Shown here: piece by piece, positions 1 to 11,059 of the stretch
Layout: each line of letters starts with the position of its first letter
Position numbering within the stretch: the first letter of the stretch is position 1
Assembly: GCA_963702845.1 (NCBI GenBank)
Contig: OY969763.1
Span: forward strand, 512,001-576,000
Length of the DNA stretch: 64,000 nt
Source of the DNA: an uncultured Verrucomicrobiae bacterium
Lineage (GTDB): Bacteria > Verrucomicrobiota > Verrucomicrobiia > Limisphaerales > Palsa-1400
Direction: 5' to 3'
Made by a program: the position numbers and the translations under genes
Notes under the pieces: model-generated
Seen by the model: only the letters and a program-made list of their open reading frames with translations
What the model was told of the DNA's origin: nothing
The model's database searches: none

Positions 1-1196
1 GGAAGTCGCCGTGGCGGCGTTGGTCACATTATTCCAGGAAATCGGCGAGGTCAGATTGCTGGCCGATTGCAGAACAAAACCTGAGCCTGTCGCTTCCGGC
101 CATGACAACGTCAAACTGTTGCCGGAAACGCTGGCCTGCATTGAAGGCGACGAGATATCACTGACAACCAGATTATCAAAGAGTGAAAACAACAGGGAAG
201 GGTGCCGGGTTGTGGAGGTGTTCACGTCAGAATCCCCAAGTGCGATGTTGTTGCCGCCCAGGGTCCCTATTGCACTGGTATCCACGGTCGCAATCGCCGT
301 GTTGTCGATAGTCCATTTCACAATGGTGTCAATTTTGTAGATATCCACCCTGTGCCATGCAAATCCAAACGCGCCAATCTGCGTCGAGCCGGCCTGAGTG
401 TTGGCCGCGTCACTGCCAAATTCGGCGGTGGACAAAATTTGTTGAATGGCTGGCGCAGTGTGAGGGGCCAGCGAAGGCATCGCTTGATAATAAAGGTTAG
501 CATTGGCCAGTGGAGTGTTGTTATTGCTGTCGTTAGCAGTGCCAGCCGCGTAAAAGCCTGAAGCCGCCGCGGAGATGGTTCCAGATTTTGGATAGACACG
601 GTAATCAGAGGTAATCCCACCATCACCGGTCGTAGCGAAACCGATGCCGTCCATCGTCGCGCCGGTGACCGCGCCGGTGTTGCCGACGACCATCGGAACC
701 GTGCCCGATGTGCCCACCGCAAAAAGGATATTGTGTGTGCCTCCTTCAGAATTTGCATTGTCGGCCAGACCGGAAGCGTTTGCCGCACCGTTAAAGTTTA
801 CCCAGGCATAAAACGACAAATGATAAGAAGTGCCGAAATCTTTACCAGTGGGGGACAGAGACAATCCAGACGTGACACCTGCGGGCCGTGTCGTTACTGG
901 AGCTGCCGCGCCGCCGGGTATGTTCGAGCGCAGACGGAGGCCGAGCGTATCACTGATACCGGGGCTGCTGGAATCCCCAAGGCCGAATAGTCAAAAGCAA
1001 ATGTCGCTTCTTGCAGGGAGGCATTCGCTGCGGGGGCAACATTCACGGACCAGAGATTACCGCTATTAACAGTATTGAAATCATCGCTGAAAAGAACCGC
1101 CGCCGATGCATCGACCGGCGCGCAAAAAAGCGATGCAGCAATTGCTGACACCGTGCCTGCCAAAGGAAGTGATTTGAAGAAGGATTTCGGTTTCAT
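1..1196 (-). CDS. Secreted protein with C-terminal SWP...LQS..NL..W domain; one frameshift near 960, runs off the window edge
   Basis: Signal peptide MKPKSFF...ASA|AVLFSDDF (ORF 894-1196). Adding one C in the C-run near 960 continues the frame (SDTLGLRLRSNIPGG...FDNLVVSD...LTLSWPEATGSGFVLQSASNLTSPISWNNV) to base 1. Confidence 0.7.
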
Positions 1197-1389
1197 AGAT
1201 AGATGTTGCGAATGGTTTTTTTTGCGAACTGGCTCGATTGGTTATATGGCAATTTTTCATAAAATACAACGGAATTCTCTAAACACTTTGCTCATGCGAA
1301 GTTTGCACGAAGTAGTGGTCAACAGTCGTTGACAAAGTAGCAACTTAATTGGTGAAAAGAGATCGATTGATAAAATTGCAATCCCAACC

Positions 1390-1698
1390 TCAACCCACAG
1401 CGCCCGCCGCGAAGAAAAACGGTTTCCCTCTCGATTCCGGATCCCATCCCGCATCCATCGCATTTTGAATGCATTCAATCATCCGGCGATTTGATGCCTG
1501 GAAACGTTGTTGCTGCGGCATTTCTCCGTGACGTGTAGCAGCAATTGCAAATTGCAAAATCAATTCGCGTCGGCTCCGTTCCGTTGGTTTTACCAATATG
1601 GCCCATCCCAATAGAACGCCGTCCCCGGTCCATCTCGGCTGGCGATGGACGCTCCATTCAAATTCATCTTTTCCGACTGTGACAGTGCCGTTTTTCAT
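1390..1698 (-). CDS. Hypothetical protein (~102 aa)
   Basis: Part of ORF 1390-1806; ATG at 1698 is preceded by GGGAGA; protein-like composition (..AMDAGWDPESRGKPF..). Confidence 0.6.
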   Translation of the reverse strand: MKNGTVTVGKDEFEWSVHRQPRWTGDGVLLGWAILVKPTERSRRELILQFAIAATRHGEMPQQQRFQASNRRMIECIQNAMDAGWDPESRGKPFFFAAGAVG

Positions 1699-1820
1699 TT
1701 CGTATCTCCCTGCCATAAATACCTCAGCCCCCACATACTTCAACTCTAACAGCTTGTTTTGCCTTGGGGTGGGGTGACCCCGTCGAAGGAAGTAACGGCG
1801 AACCACGGAAATTTTAAATT

Positions 1821-2036
1821 TGGTTACCGTTGGTTACCGTTGCTTACTGAAAACGTTAAACGAGTTAACGACGGGTTTTGCGGAAAATTTAAATGAGGTG
1901 CCAATAGGTCCCAATGACTGCCAACAGGTGCCACTGCCTTCGGTCGAGAGTTGAGTAGTGAGGGTTGAGGGAATGGAAAAGATATTTGTTTTAAGACGAT
2001 ACTAACCGGTACAACTCGATACCAACCGGTATCTAT
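1821..2036. repeat. Three blocks of degenerate 10-bp tandem repeats plus 7-mer repeats
   Basis: tggttaccgt x2 + tgcttact (1821-1848); ggtgccaata/ggtcccaatg/actgccaaca/ggtgccactg (1897-1936); cgatactaac/cggtacaact/cgataccaac/cggtatctat (1997-2036). Confidence 0.8.
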
Positions 2037-2042
2037 GGGGGC

Positions 2043-2210
2043 TTAAGGCTGGAGGTTGAATGATGAATTGAACCTGGGCACACCGCTGGCGACCGTCTTC
2101 GCACGGCTACGGCGTGACTGGCGATTTTGATTTGCGTTTGTGGTTTGGCGAGCCACCGACGCTGCGTCGGGGCTACCTGTGGTCGTTTCATGGGCGGCCT
2201 TTTTGTTCAT
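2043..2210 (-). CDS. Small basic ORF (55 aa), possibly a gene remnant or leader peptide
   Basis: MNKKAAHETTTG... starts ~45 nt after a strong promoter-like site; no recognisable family. Confidence 0.3.
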   Translation of the reverse strand: MNKKAAHETTTGSPDAASVARQTTNANQNRQSRRSRAKTVASGVPRFNSSFNLQP

Positions 2211-2253
2211 TTTAATCGTTTCGCACGGCAACAAAACGTGCCGGTCTCTTAAG

Positions 2254-2281
2254 ATTGTGACATACAGTCGCGGCCTGTCAA
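2254..2281 (-). promoter_or_regulatory. Sigma70-like promoter TTGACA-N16-CACAAT
   Basis: Plus strand tgtcaa at 2276-2281 and attgtg at 2254-2259. Confidence 0.55.
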
Positions 2282-2449
2282 GTAGCTTCCTGATTCCATG
2301 TGTAAATACGCCTTCCTTGAACACATCACACTTTCGGCTCGTGCATCGCCGATAGCAAATGGCAGAACGGCGCGAGCCCTACCAAGTGAGAGTTACGATC
2401 ATTTGAATCATTTCCCAATGCGCTTGGAATGAGGCAGATTCCTTGAGAT

Positions 2450-3262
2450 ATGAGCGACGCTGACAGCGGCACGGTGAAGGGTGAAATAAACGAAGGAGAA
2501 TTTGTGCGGCAGGAGGATGCCTTTCGCGATTGGATCGGACCCAATCTTTTGCCGGCCACAGCCAACCGCTATCATCTCTACGTCTCAGTGGCGTGCCCGT
2601 GGGCGAGCCGATGTGTCATCGTGCGACGGTGGCTTGGGCTGGAGCAGGTCATCGGCCTGACGGTCGTCGATCCTATTCGCGACGGCCGAGGCTGGGCTTT
2701 TCGAGAAGGGCCGGGATCGGAAAAAGATCCCATCAACGACTTTCAGTTCCTCCGCGAAGCCTATTTTGCGACCGACCCGAACTTTGACGGACGCGTCACT
2801 GTTCCGGTGTTGTGGGACATCGAGCAAAAGCGCATCGTCAATAATTCCGAGGACGACATCTGCCGCATGTTCAACGATGCGTTTCGCGAATTCAGCAACG
2901 AGCGCAATCTATTTCCTGCAGACATCGAACAAGACCACAAAGCCCTCTCCGAAAGAATTTACAACAACGTCAACAACGGCGTTTACAAAGCCGGGTTCGC
3001 CGATCATCAGGCCGTTTACGAACGTGAATGCCGAAGGTGCAACGTGCGCCGAATCAGCGACTATGCGAATCTGCACCGCTATGTGCTCGACCTTTACAAT
3101 CAGCCGGGCATCGCTGAAACCGTGAACTTCGATCACATCAAAAGGCATTTCACGCACGATGACATCAATCCGACGCGCATCGTGCCGATCGGGCCGGCTT
3201 TCGATCTCGTTCTTGATGAAGCTGCCGCCGAAAGGATCGGCTCGGCAGCGGGCGCATCCTAA
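2450..3262 (+). CDS. Glutathionyl-hydroquinone reductase (YqjG/ECM4-like GST), internally deleted, possibly a pseudogene
   Basis: YHLYVSVACPWA, RVTVPVLWD, IVNNSE, NNGVYKAGFA, INPTRIVPIGP motifs; the segment expected between YERECRR and CNVRR is missing. Confidence 0.85.
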   Translation: MSDADSGTVKGEINEGEFVRQEDAFRDWIGPNLLPATANRYHLYVSVACPWASRCVIVRRWLGLEQVIGLTVVDPIRDGRGWAFREGPGSEKDPINDFQFLREAYFATDPNFDGRVTVPVLWDIEQKRIVNNSEDDICRMFNDAFREFSNERNLFPADIEQDHKALSERIYNNVNNGVYKAGFADHQAVYERECRRCNVRRISDYANLHRYVLDLYNQPGIAETVNFDHIKRHFTHDDINPTRIVPIGPAFDLVLDEAAAERIGSAAGAS

Positions 3263-3284
3263 CAAAAACAAAACGGACGTCCGC

Positions 3285-4796
3285 TCAGGTGATGGCCTTC
3301 AGCCGAATGAAAAACGTGGTGCCCAGGCCCAGGTCGGATTCGACCCACACCGTGCCGCCCATAACTTCGACTGCTTTTTTCACTGTCGCCAATCCGAGGC
3401 CGGTGCCGGGATGTTCCTTGTCAGTGTGCAAGCGGTGGAACGCTTGAAAAACTTTTTCCCAGTTTTCCGACGCGATCCCGATGCCATTATCCGCAACCGA
3501 AAGTACGACGTCGCCTCCTTCGCGGAAAGAATCCACTTTCACGATCAAAGGAACATCGTGCCGCCTGTATCTGATCGCGTTTTGAAACAGATTGGTGAAG
3601 ATTTGAACCAACAACGTTGGCTCACCTGCTACCTCGGGAAGATTTTCAGCGATTTCGAGCCTGCCGCCGATTTCATCCAGACGCAGCTCAAAATCACCGC
3701 GAACCTGATGGACCACCTGCGCCACCGGCACGTCGCGCAGTGTCACGCCCGCGCGGCCGGTTCGCGAGTAACGCAGAACGTCTTCGATCAAACGCGACAT
3801 GCGTTCGCCGGATTGAAGAATATGCTCGACGAACTCTTCCCCCTCACCAGCAATGGCAGCGCCGTAGTCCTCTTTCAAAGCTTGCGCGAATCCACGAATA
3901 GCGTGCAACGGCGCTCGCAAATCATGCGAGACGGTATATGAAAAAGCTTCCAGTTCCTTGTTGCTCCGTTCGAGCTGTTTGGTGCGGGCCTTGACGCGAT
4001 CTTCCAATTCAGTGTTCAGCTCGCGCAGCTTTTCTTCGGTGTTTTTCAGCTTCGAAATATCCACACCGACGCCGATGACGCACCGTTTGCCATTAAAGAT
4101 GACCCGTTTGCCATTGATCCAAAAGGGAATGCGCTCCCCGGCTTTGGTGAGATATTCGACTTCCATCTCCTCGTAGCCGTCGGCTTTGATCAACCGTCTG
4201 CGGGCGGCGGCGATCGCATCCCGGTAATCGGGGGCAAGCAGCTCAATGCTCAACATTTCCGAAAAATCTTCGGCAGAATAACCGGATATCAGTTCGGCAT
4301 TTCGATTCCATCGGAGCATCTTGCCGCTTTCTTCAGTGACATAAAAAATTCCCGGCAGACACTCGATCAATGCGTTGGAAAAGTTCCGCTCCCGGAACAA
4401 AAGTTCCGTATAATCGACTTGCTCGGTGACATCGCGACAGTAGCCACCCCAATTACCGATGATTCCATTTTTTTCCAGAACCGGCACGCCTCGCACCGTC
4501 ATGTGCCGCCATTTTCCGTCCGCGCGACGAACGCGAAAGTCGGTCTCAAAAATCGAACCGGCTGCGACGGCTTGAGCCCACTGTTGTTCTACTCGTTCCC
4601 GCTCTTCCGGATGGACGGCATCCAGCCAGCCAGACCCAAGAATCTCTTCCAGTGTTTGGCCGGTAAACTCGCGCCAGGAAGGACAATCCTCGACGATGTC
4701 GCCCGCCGCGTCAGCCGTCCAAAGCACTTCGGTGGGGAAAAAGCGCGGGGAAAAGCGTCGCACCCTGACTGGTTCTTGTTCGAGGAGTGCCACCAT
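3285..4796 (-). CDS. PAS-PAS sensor histidine kinase (cytoplasmic)
   Basis: Two PAS/PAC domains (WLDAVHPEE..., IGVGVDIS), H-box SHDLRAPL, N-box NLFQNA, DNGIGI, GTGLGL. Confidence 0.93.
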   Translation of the reverse strand: MVALLEQEPVRVRRFSPRFFPTEVLWTADAAGDIVEDCPSWREFTGQTLEEILGSGWLDAVHPEERERVEQQWAQAVAAGSIFETDFRVRRADGKWRHMTVRGVPVLEKNGIIGNWGGYCRDVTEQVDYTELLFRERNFSNALIECLPGIFYVTEESGKMLRWNRNAELISGYSAEDFSEMLSIELLAPDYRDAIAAARRRLIKADGYEEMEVEYLTKAGERIPFWINGKRVIFNGKRCVIGVGVDISKLKNTEEKLRELNTELEDRVKARTKQLERSNKELEAFSYTVSHDLRAPLHAIRGFAQALKEDYGAAIAGEGEEFVEHILQSGERMSRLIEDVLRYSRTGRAGVTLRDVPVAQVVHQVRGDFELRLDEIGGRLEIAENLPEVAGEPTLLVQIFTNLFQNAIRYRRHDVPLIVKVDSFREGGDVVLSVADNGIGIASENWEKVFQAFHRLHTDKEHPGTGLGLATVKKAVEVMGGTVWVESDLGLGTTFFIRLKAIT

Positions 4797-4931
4797 AAAA
4801 ATCGTCCTCCTATAAAAACCTCATATAAAATCCATTCATCGTCAAACGCCCCAATCGGAACGCGATGGCCGGGTTCGGGGCCACCCATGGTTAGGTTAGG
4901 CAAGCCCTTCTTTGCCAGTGAACGTTCCGCT

Positions 4932-5141
4932 GGCTTCAGGGGCGCAATCCCTGGCTTCAGTGATGCCGTTGCTGGGCCCAGGAATGAAATCCTTGGGTTC
5001 AGGGATGTAATTCCTGTCCTCCGTAGCCAGATTCCTGGTCCCAGTAGCCAAATTCCTAAGGCCAGTGGCGCAATTCTTGGCCTCAGGAATGCCATTCCTG
5101 AGGGCAGGGACGGGATTCCTAGGCCCAGGAATCAAAATCCC
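4932..5141. repeat. Array of ten degenerate 21-bp tandem repeats
   Basis: Units in exact 21-bp register, e.g. ggcttcaggggcgcaatccct, gggcccaggaatgaaatcctt, gggttcagggatgtaattcct, ggcctcaggaatgccattcct; consensus gg..cag......attcct. Confidence 0.9.
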
Positions 5142-5207
5142 GCCCGCCTGTTTTTCCCTGCGGTTGCCGTTACAACATCAACATAAACCACTAAAAACAA
5201 ACAACAT

Positions 5208-5312
5208 ATGCCTAGAAAAGACTTCATCCCCGAACCAGACGACGCCTTTCTGACGGCGCATGACCGTGACCACCCAAAGGCCTTCCGCGTCGGGGTTCCC
5301 TTTAGCATTTAG
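5208..5312 (+). pseudogene. Truncated 5' fragment of a gene (MPRKDFIPEPDDAFLTAHD...)
   Basis: A/C-rich leader (acaacatcaacataaaccactaaaaacaaacaacat) then ATG; the frame stops after 34 codons inside 7-mer repeats. Confidence 0.4.
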
Positions 5313-5328
5313 CCTTCAGCCTTTAGCC
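5301..5328. repeat. Four heptamer repeats (TTYAGCM)
   Basis: tttagca tttagcc ttcagcc tttagcc. Confidence 0.7.
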
Positions 5329-5482
5329 TTTCCCCAAGCCCCCCGCCCTTTCCGCTGTCAAAAAAACGGGAGGAATCTTGATGCATGGCGGGTTGGTGAT
5401 TTACAGCCCCGCTGTTCGTGGATCTAAAATAGACGAACCCGGCCACCAAGATGGTTGCCGTGAAGATTAAAGAACCAAACAG

Positions 5483-5866
5483 ATGACTAAATTAAATCAC
5501 GCCCGGCCTATCGTCGCCTTTCTATTGGCGATTGCGATAGGCTGGGAGAGCGGACCCTTTATACGTTCGGGCGGATTTGGATCTTTAATGCTTTGGCTGA
5601 TCTGCGCTTGTGTTTGTCCAGCGATCGTATGTCTGGTCACAGATCGCTGGTATTATTTCTTGGCGCCATTGACCGCGCTGATTATGTGCGCTTCGGTCGA
5701 ATATCACAGCTATGTGTGGTATCAGGCGCATAGCGCTGATGATGCTTGGAAGAACTTTAAACTGAACTTGGACATCATCATCGGCATGGCGGTATTCTGC
5801 TTGGGAATCAGCTTAATGGTCGCCCTCGCGTTCCACATGCTGCGTAAGTCAAAGAGGTCGTTATAA
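5483..5866 (+). CDS. Hypothetical membrane protein (~4 TM)
   Basis: 127-aa ORF with four hydrophobic stretches and a basic C-terminus. Confidence 0.65.
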   Translation: MTKLNHARPIVAFLLAIAIGWESGPFIRSGGFGSLMLWLICACVCPAIVCLVTDRWYYFLAPLTALIMCASVEYHSYVWYQAHSADDAWKNFKLNLDIIIGMAVFCLGISLMVALAFHMLRKSKRSL

Positions 5867-6077
5867 TCTGCTTTGAATGCCCGCGCTTTGCGGTTTGAAG
5901 TTTAACCCGACCGGTTACCTGCGAATCAAGACGCGCCATGTTTGCGCCGACGTGGCAGATGTCGGACGTGCCCAAAACTGACCAGCTTGCGGCGTTGTTC
6001 AACCCAGAGCCGAAACGTGAACGACTTTAAGCTGCCCCAAAAGGTGACCGGCTTGACGCTCCGACCGTTGGTGATCC

Positions 6078-6872
<795 letters not shown>

Positions 6873-6912
6873 TTAAGCTTCGTTCCGCGTGACGCTGGCG
6901 CGGTTGAGCCAA

Positions 6913-8154
6913 TTAAAAATGGTAGCCGAAGCTTGCGGACAGTGCGTGGCTTAGAAATGTGTATTGGCCGTTGGCGGGAGCGTTGAATCCAGTCAGGCCA
7001 CTAATGGTCCGTTCGGGACCGTAGAGGAATTGATAAGTCGCGTCCCAACTGAAGCATTTATATTTTCGGCCAACGCCAACGCTGAAGACGTGCCGGTTCC
7101 CATCGGGCACAATCGGATTGAAGGTCGCAGTCGGAACGGAATTCTGGGCATAGGCGTAACCGCCGCTGACGCGCCAGCCATGTTCCAAATAACGAGTGGC
7201 GCCAAATTCATAAAACCAACTCGATTGCCAATCCAGAGGCACAGTTTGAATACCTGTCGCACTTTTGTTCAGCGAGAACGTCTTTACTACACTCCAATCG
7301 GTCCAATCGGCATTGATTTCGAAGTTCCATTTTTCGTTCGGCCGGTAGGAATAGCCGAAGAGCACATTTTGCGGGAATGGAAAACGTGCACTGGCGTTTT
7401 CGATAATCGGCCCGGGGAGCAATGCCGGAATTTTCGTATCGGCATGGCCTTCAAAATTCATTGTGGTTTCGCTGCGATAGCTGACACCGAAGGAATGTTG
7501 CTTGAGCGGATGCCAGAGCACGCCGGCGTTGAAACCCAGATCATCGTCACGACCACGAAAGCGCAAGGTGTTGGCCGGACTGCCGAACGGGATGAAGCGA
7601 AACTCGGTCTCGGCGTAGTTGATCGTCGGTCCCGCGGAAATAGCGAGCGTCTTGAACGGTTTCCAGGCAAGAACCGGGTTGATCGTGATGTATTCGATTT
7701 CGCCTTTTTTCGGAAAGTTCGGCGAGGTTAGGAATGGAGCGTTGTCCGGCCACTCCAAGCCAAGTCCGTAAGGCGCGTAAACGCCCAAACCGAAAGTCAA
7801 CGGCGTATCGGGCCACTTAGCGGTGAGGAAAAACTGCGGAATGACCAGCAACTTTTGGCGCGTATTTACATTGGTGCTGCCATTTTCGTAATGCGAGCGA
7901 AGGAAAATGCCGTAGGCACTGACGCGCGCGTTGATTCCATCCAGTTGCGAAATACCGGCAGGGTTATAATAGATCGCCGAAGGATTGTCGGCGGTTGCGA
8001 CAAACGCTCCACCGCGCGCCGTGGCAAATGCGTCCTGATCGGGCACCTGGATTCCAATCGCAAAAAGCTGTGCCGGAAGAAAGGTTGCCAGCGCGATGCT
8101 GAGCGTGATGAAGAACGTTGAGCAGTTCCTGAACACGAATCGGATTATTGACAC
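6913..8154 (-). CDS. FadL/OmpP1/TodX outer-membrane transport protein
   Basis: Signal peptide, ADNPSAIYYNPAG motif, amphipathic beta strands, C-terminal YHF. Confidence 0.92.
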   Translation of the reverse strand: MSIIRFVFRNCSTFFITLSIALATFLPAQLFAIGIQVPDQDAFATARGGAFVATADNPSAIYYNPAGISQLDGINARVSAYGIFLRSHYENGSTNVNTRQKLLVIPQFFLTAKWPDTPLTFGLGVYAPYGLGLEWPDNAPFLTSPNFPKKGEIEYITINPVLAWKPFKTLAISAGPTINYAETEFRFIPFGSPANTLRFRGRDDDLGFNAGVLWHPLKQHSFGVSYRSETTMNFEGHADTKIPALLPGPIIENASARFPFPQNVLFGYSYRPNEKWNFEINADWTDWSVVKTFSLNKSATGIQTVPLDWQSSWFYEFGATRYLEHGWRVSGGYAYAQNSVPTATFNPIVPDGNRHVFSVGVGRKYKCFSWDATYQFLYGPERTISGLTGFNAPANGQYTFLSHALSASFGYHF

Positions 8155-8291
8155 CTTTGTGCGGGACTGTCGAGCCCTTCGGCGGCAGGCAGGGCCGTCG
8201 ATTCTGTAACGGCAATACCCTTACCCCAACTTGCTACAGAGGCTAATTGCGCTATCGGATTTGGAAGGTTTGACTTGGTAGAAGCCTAATC

Positions 8292-10715
8292 ATGTCCGTG
8301 CCAGCTCCAACCCACGCGCCTCTGGACCCTGGGGCGCAGGCCAAGTGCCAGCGTCTCTGCACCGTGCTGGCGTCAACGGCTTTGGTGATCGGCGCGATTG
8401 GGTTCGTCGGCTGGGTGTTGGGCATCGACACGTTCAAGCGTTGTCACCCCGCGTTCGTCGCGATGAAATTTAACGCGACCGTCGGCCTGATATTGGCCGC
8501 GGGAGCTTTGCTGTTACAGCGATGCGAATCGGTCCAGGGCTGGCAGCGGCAGACCGCGCGATTGATGGCCGCATTCATCGTGGTGCTTGGCGTGGTTACT
8601 TCGCTCGAACACATTATCGGCTGGGACGCCGGCATCGATCAGTTATTCTTTCGAGAAAGCGAGGCGGAGGCCGGCCAATCGTTCCCCGGTCGCACGGGGA
8701 TCGGAAGCTGCGCGGGCCTGATACTGATCGGGATCGGGCTGCTTGTTTTAGACAAAAGCTGGTGTGGGAAGTATTGCTCGGGGTTTCTTGCGCTCACTGC
8801 CGGCATTTTCATATCGCTCGTTGGTCTCGCTTACTTCTACGGCGTTGAACAATTCGAGCCCATCGCCAAATACGCGACCATCGCCCCGCATACCGTTGTC
8901 GCGTTCGTTTGTTTAAGTGTCGCGATCATGCTGTCGCGGCCGGAGCGCGGGATAACGGCGACGTTGTGCGGAAGTGATTTCGGCAGCGCGGTCGCCCGGC
9001 GAACGTTGTTGCCGGCAATTCTTGTTCCGATCGTGTTTGGGTGGCTGTGCGTTCTTGGGCATAGAGCTGGATTCTATGGCGTTGGTTTTGGCATGGCACT
9101 GTTCACACTGTCGTTGGTGGTGGTTTTTACCGGATTGATTTGGTGGACGGCTGTATGGCTCAACCGCGCCCAGGAGTCACAGACGAGTGAGCGAACGGGC
9201 GTTGCGGCTGAGCGAAGAGAAATTTGCCGTGCTCTTCCAGAAAGCGCCGTATCCGATAGTTGTCACCACATACGAAGATCCGGCCTTTCTTGACGTGAAC
9301 GAGGCGTTTCTTCGCATGTTTGGATTTACCAAAGAGGAGGTGCTGGGGAAAACGGGTGTGGAAATCGGCATCAATCCAGATCCGGCTTTACGCGCGAGTT
9401 TGATAGCGGAGTTGGATGCCAATGGCAATATTCGTGACAACGAAGCGCCAATGCGCGCGAGGGCCGGCCGGGAGTACAGTTGTAGTGATCAATGCCGACG
9501 CAGTAAAAATCGCCGGCGAAAAGTATCTGCTGATAACAGGCCAGGACATCACCGAGCGAAAGCGGGCGCAAGAATCGTTGCGGCGGAGCGAAGAGAAGTT
9601 CTCGGTGCTCTTCGAGAAAGCGCCGTTTGCTGTAGCTGTCAGCAGATTCAAAGATTCGGTCTTCATTGACGTGAACGAGGAATTCCTTCGCATGCTTGGA
9701 TTTGCCAAAGAGGAGGTGCTCGGGAAAACGGACGTGGACATCAACATGATTCCAGATCCGAACGAACGCGCGGCTGTGCTGATGGAGTTGCAAGCCAGTG
9801 GTGGCAAGCTTCGTCAACGCGAAATCCGAATGCGCTCGAAGGATGGCCGGAATTACGTTGTGCTGATCAATGCCGACATCGTCCAGATCGCAGGCGAAAT
9901 GCATCTGCTGGCGACTTGTGAGGACATCACCGAGCGAAAGCAGTCAGAAGAAGCGTTGCAACGGGCCAAGGCGCAATTGCAGGAACACGCGACCAATCTG
10001 GAACAAACCGTTGCGGAGCGCACGGCTGAGTTGAAGGAAACGAACGAGCAGCTCGAGGCATTCGTCTATTCCATTGCGCACGATTTGCGCGCTCCGCTCC
10101 GTGCCATGCAGGGTTACGCGCACATACTGCTTGAAGATCTTGCAGGGAAGCTTCCCGAAACTGATCAGAAGTTTCTAAGCAATATTCATCACTCCGCCGA
10201 ATACATGGATCGAATGATTCTGGATCTGCTCGCTTTTGGACGGACAGCGCGGACGGATATCGAGTTGCGCAGCGTCGATGTGCAAAAGATTTGGGATGCT
10301 GCTCGTTTTCAGTGCGCTGACCAAATCGAACAAACCGGCGCTCACATCGAAACAGTGAAGCCTTTGCCCACGGTGCGCGCCCACGACGCCACTCTTACTC
10401 AAGTGCTGGCGAATTTGCTCAGCAACGCCATGAAGTTTATGAAGGCTGGCGTAAGGCCTGAGATCCGTTTTTGGGCAGAGGACCGTCGGCCACAGCGTCA
10501 GACTGTGGTTGCAGGATAACGGCGTCGGTATCGATATCGAGTATCACGAGCGCATCTTCCGGGTATTCGAACGTCTACACGGCTCAAACTTCGCCGGCAC
10601 CGGTATCGGCCTGTCGATCGTCCGCAAAGGCGTGGAACGAATGAACGGCAACATTGGTTTGGAAAGTGAAGTCGGCAAAGGAACGCGATTTTGGATTGAG
10701 TTGCCGAAAGCGTGA
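8292..10715 (+). CDS. Membrane-anchored PAS-PAS sensor histidine kinase; three frameshifts (~9180, ~9475, ~10495)
   Basis: ORF pieces 8292-9293 (TM domain), 9187-9669, 9416-10519 (PAS x2, AHDLRAPL, NLLSNA) and 10509-10715 (DNGVGI, GTGIGL) join into one kinase. Confidence 0.88.
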
Positions 10716-10987
10716 AGGAAGGGGTGCGATCTCCGAGCGCGAGTTGGAGTTGGCGCTGAGACGTTGCGCTACCGCCAACCAGTGGGGACCCGAGGAGGCC
10801 GAAGAGTGGTAGGGCAATCTCGCCACGATGGAGGTTATGACGACGGTGGTGGTGCCGAAATCTGATTAAACAGCCTTCCCAATTGCCCAAAGCCTTTCCC
10901 TTGCCCGGAACCTTTCTTCCGCTTGAGCGGTTTTTCGGTCCCCTAACTTCCGATACAAAAAAGTGGCCGGGCCGTTTTTGGAGCGTT

Positions 10988-11021
10988 AAAACGAAAGGCG
11001 GCGGGGATTGTCCCGCCGCCT
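10988..11021 (-). terminator. Intrinsic terminator
   Basis: aggcggcggg-6nt-cccgccgcct stem followed on the minus strand by ttcgtttt, downstream of the 11060 gene. Confidence 0.75.
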
Positions 11022-11059
11022 ATTTCATTCCTCAGGTAATTAATCTTTATGGCGCCACG

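Noticed and set aside
1322..1346. Third copy of the repeated element (acagtcgttgacaaagtagcaactt resembles acagcgttgacaagtagtaacgtt)
   Set aside because: Similarity covers only ~24 bp with gaps, with no -10 box or hairpin; could be chance or an isolated binding site.
3159..3941. Long antisense ORFs (also 6964-7731, 12717-13424, 53962-55197 and others)
   Set aside because: They are shadows of well-supported genes on the opposite strand.
4932..5141. CRISPR array
   Set aside because: Units are contiguous degenerate 21-mers with no constant-repeat/unique-spacer alternation, and there are no cas genes.
4419..5186. 255-aa plus-strand ORF and overlapping minus-strand ORFs across the 21-bp array
   Set aside because: The first half is antisense to the kinase, and open frames are expected in a repeat whose length is a multiple of 3; no independent coding evidence.
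10720..10830. Degenerate REP-like sequence after the kinase
   Set aside because: Arms are too degenerate to define confidently.
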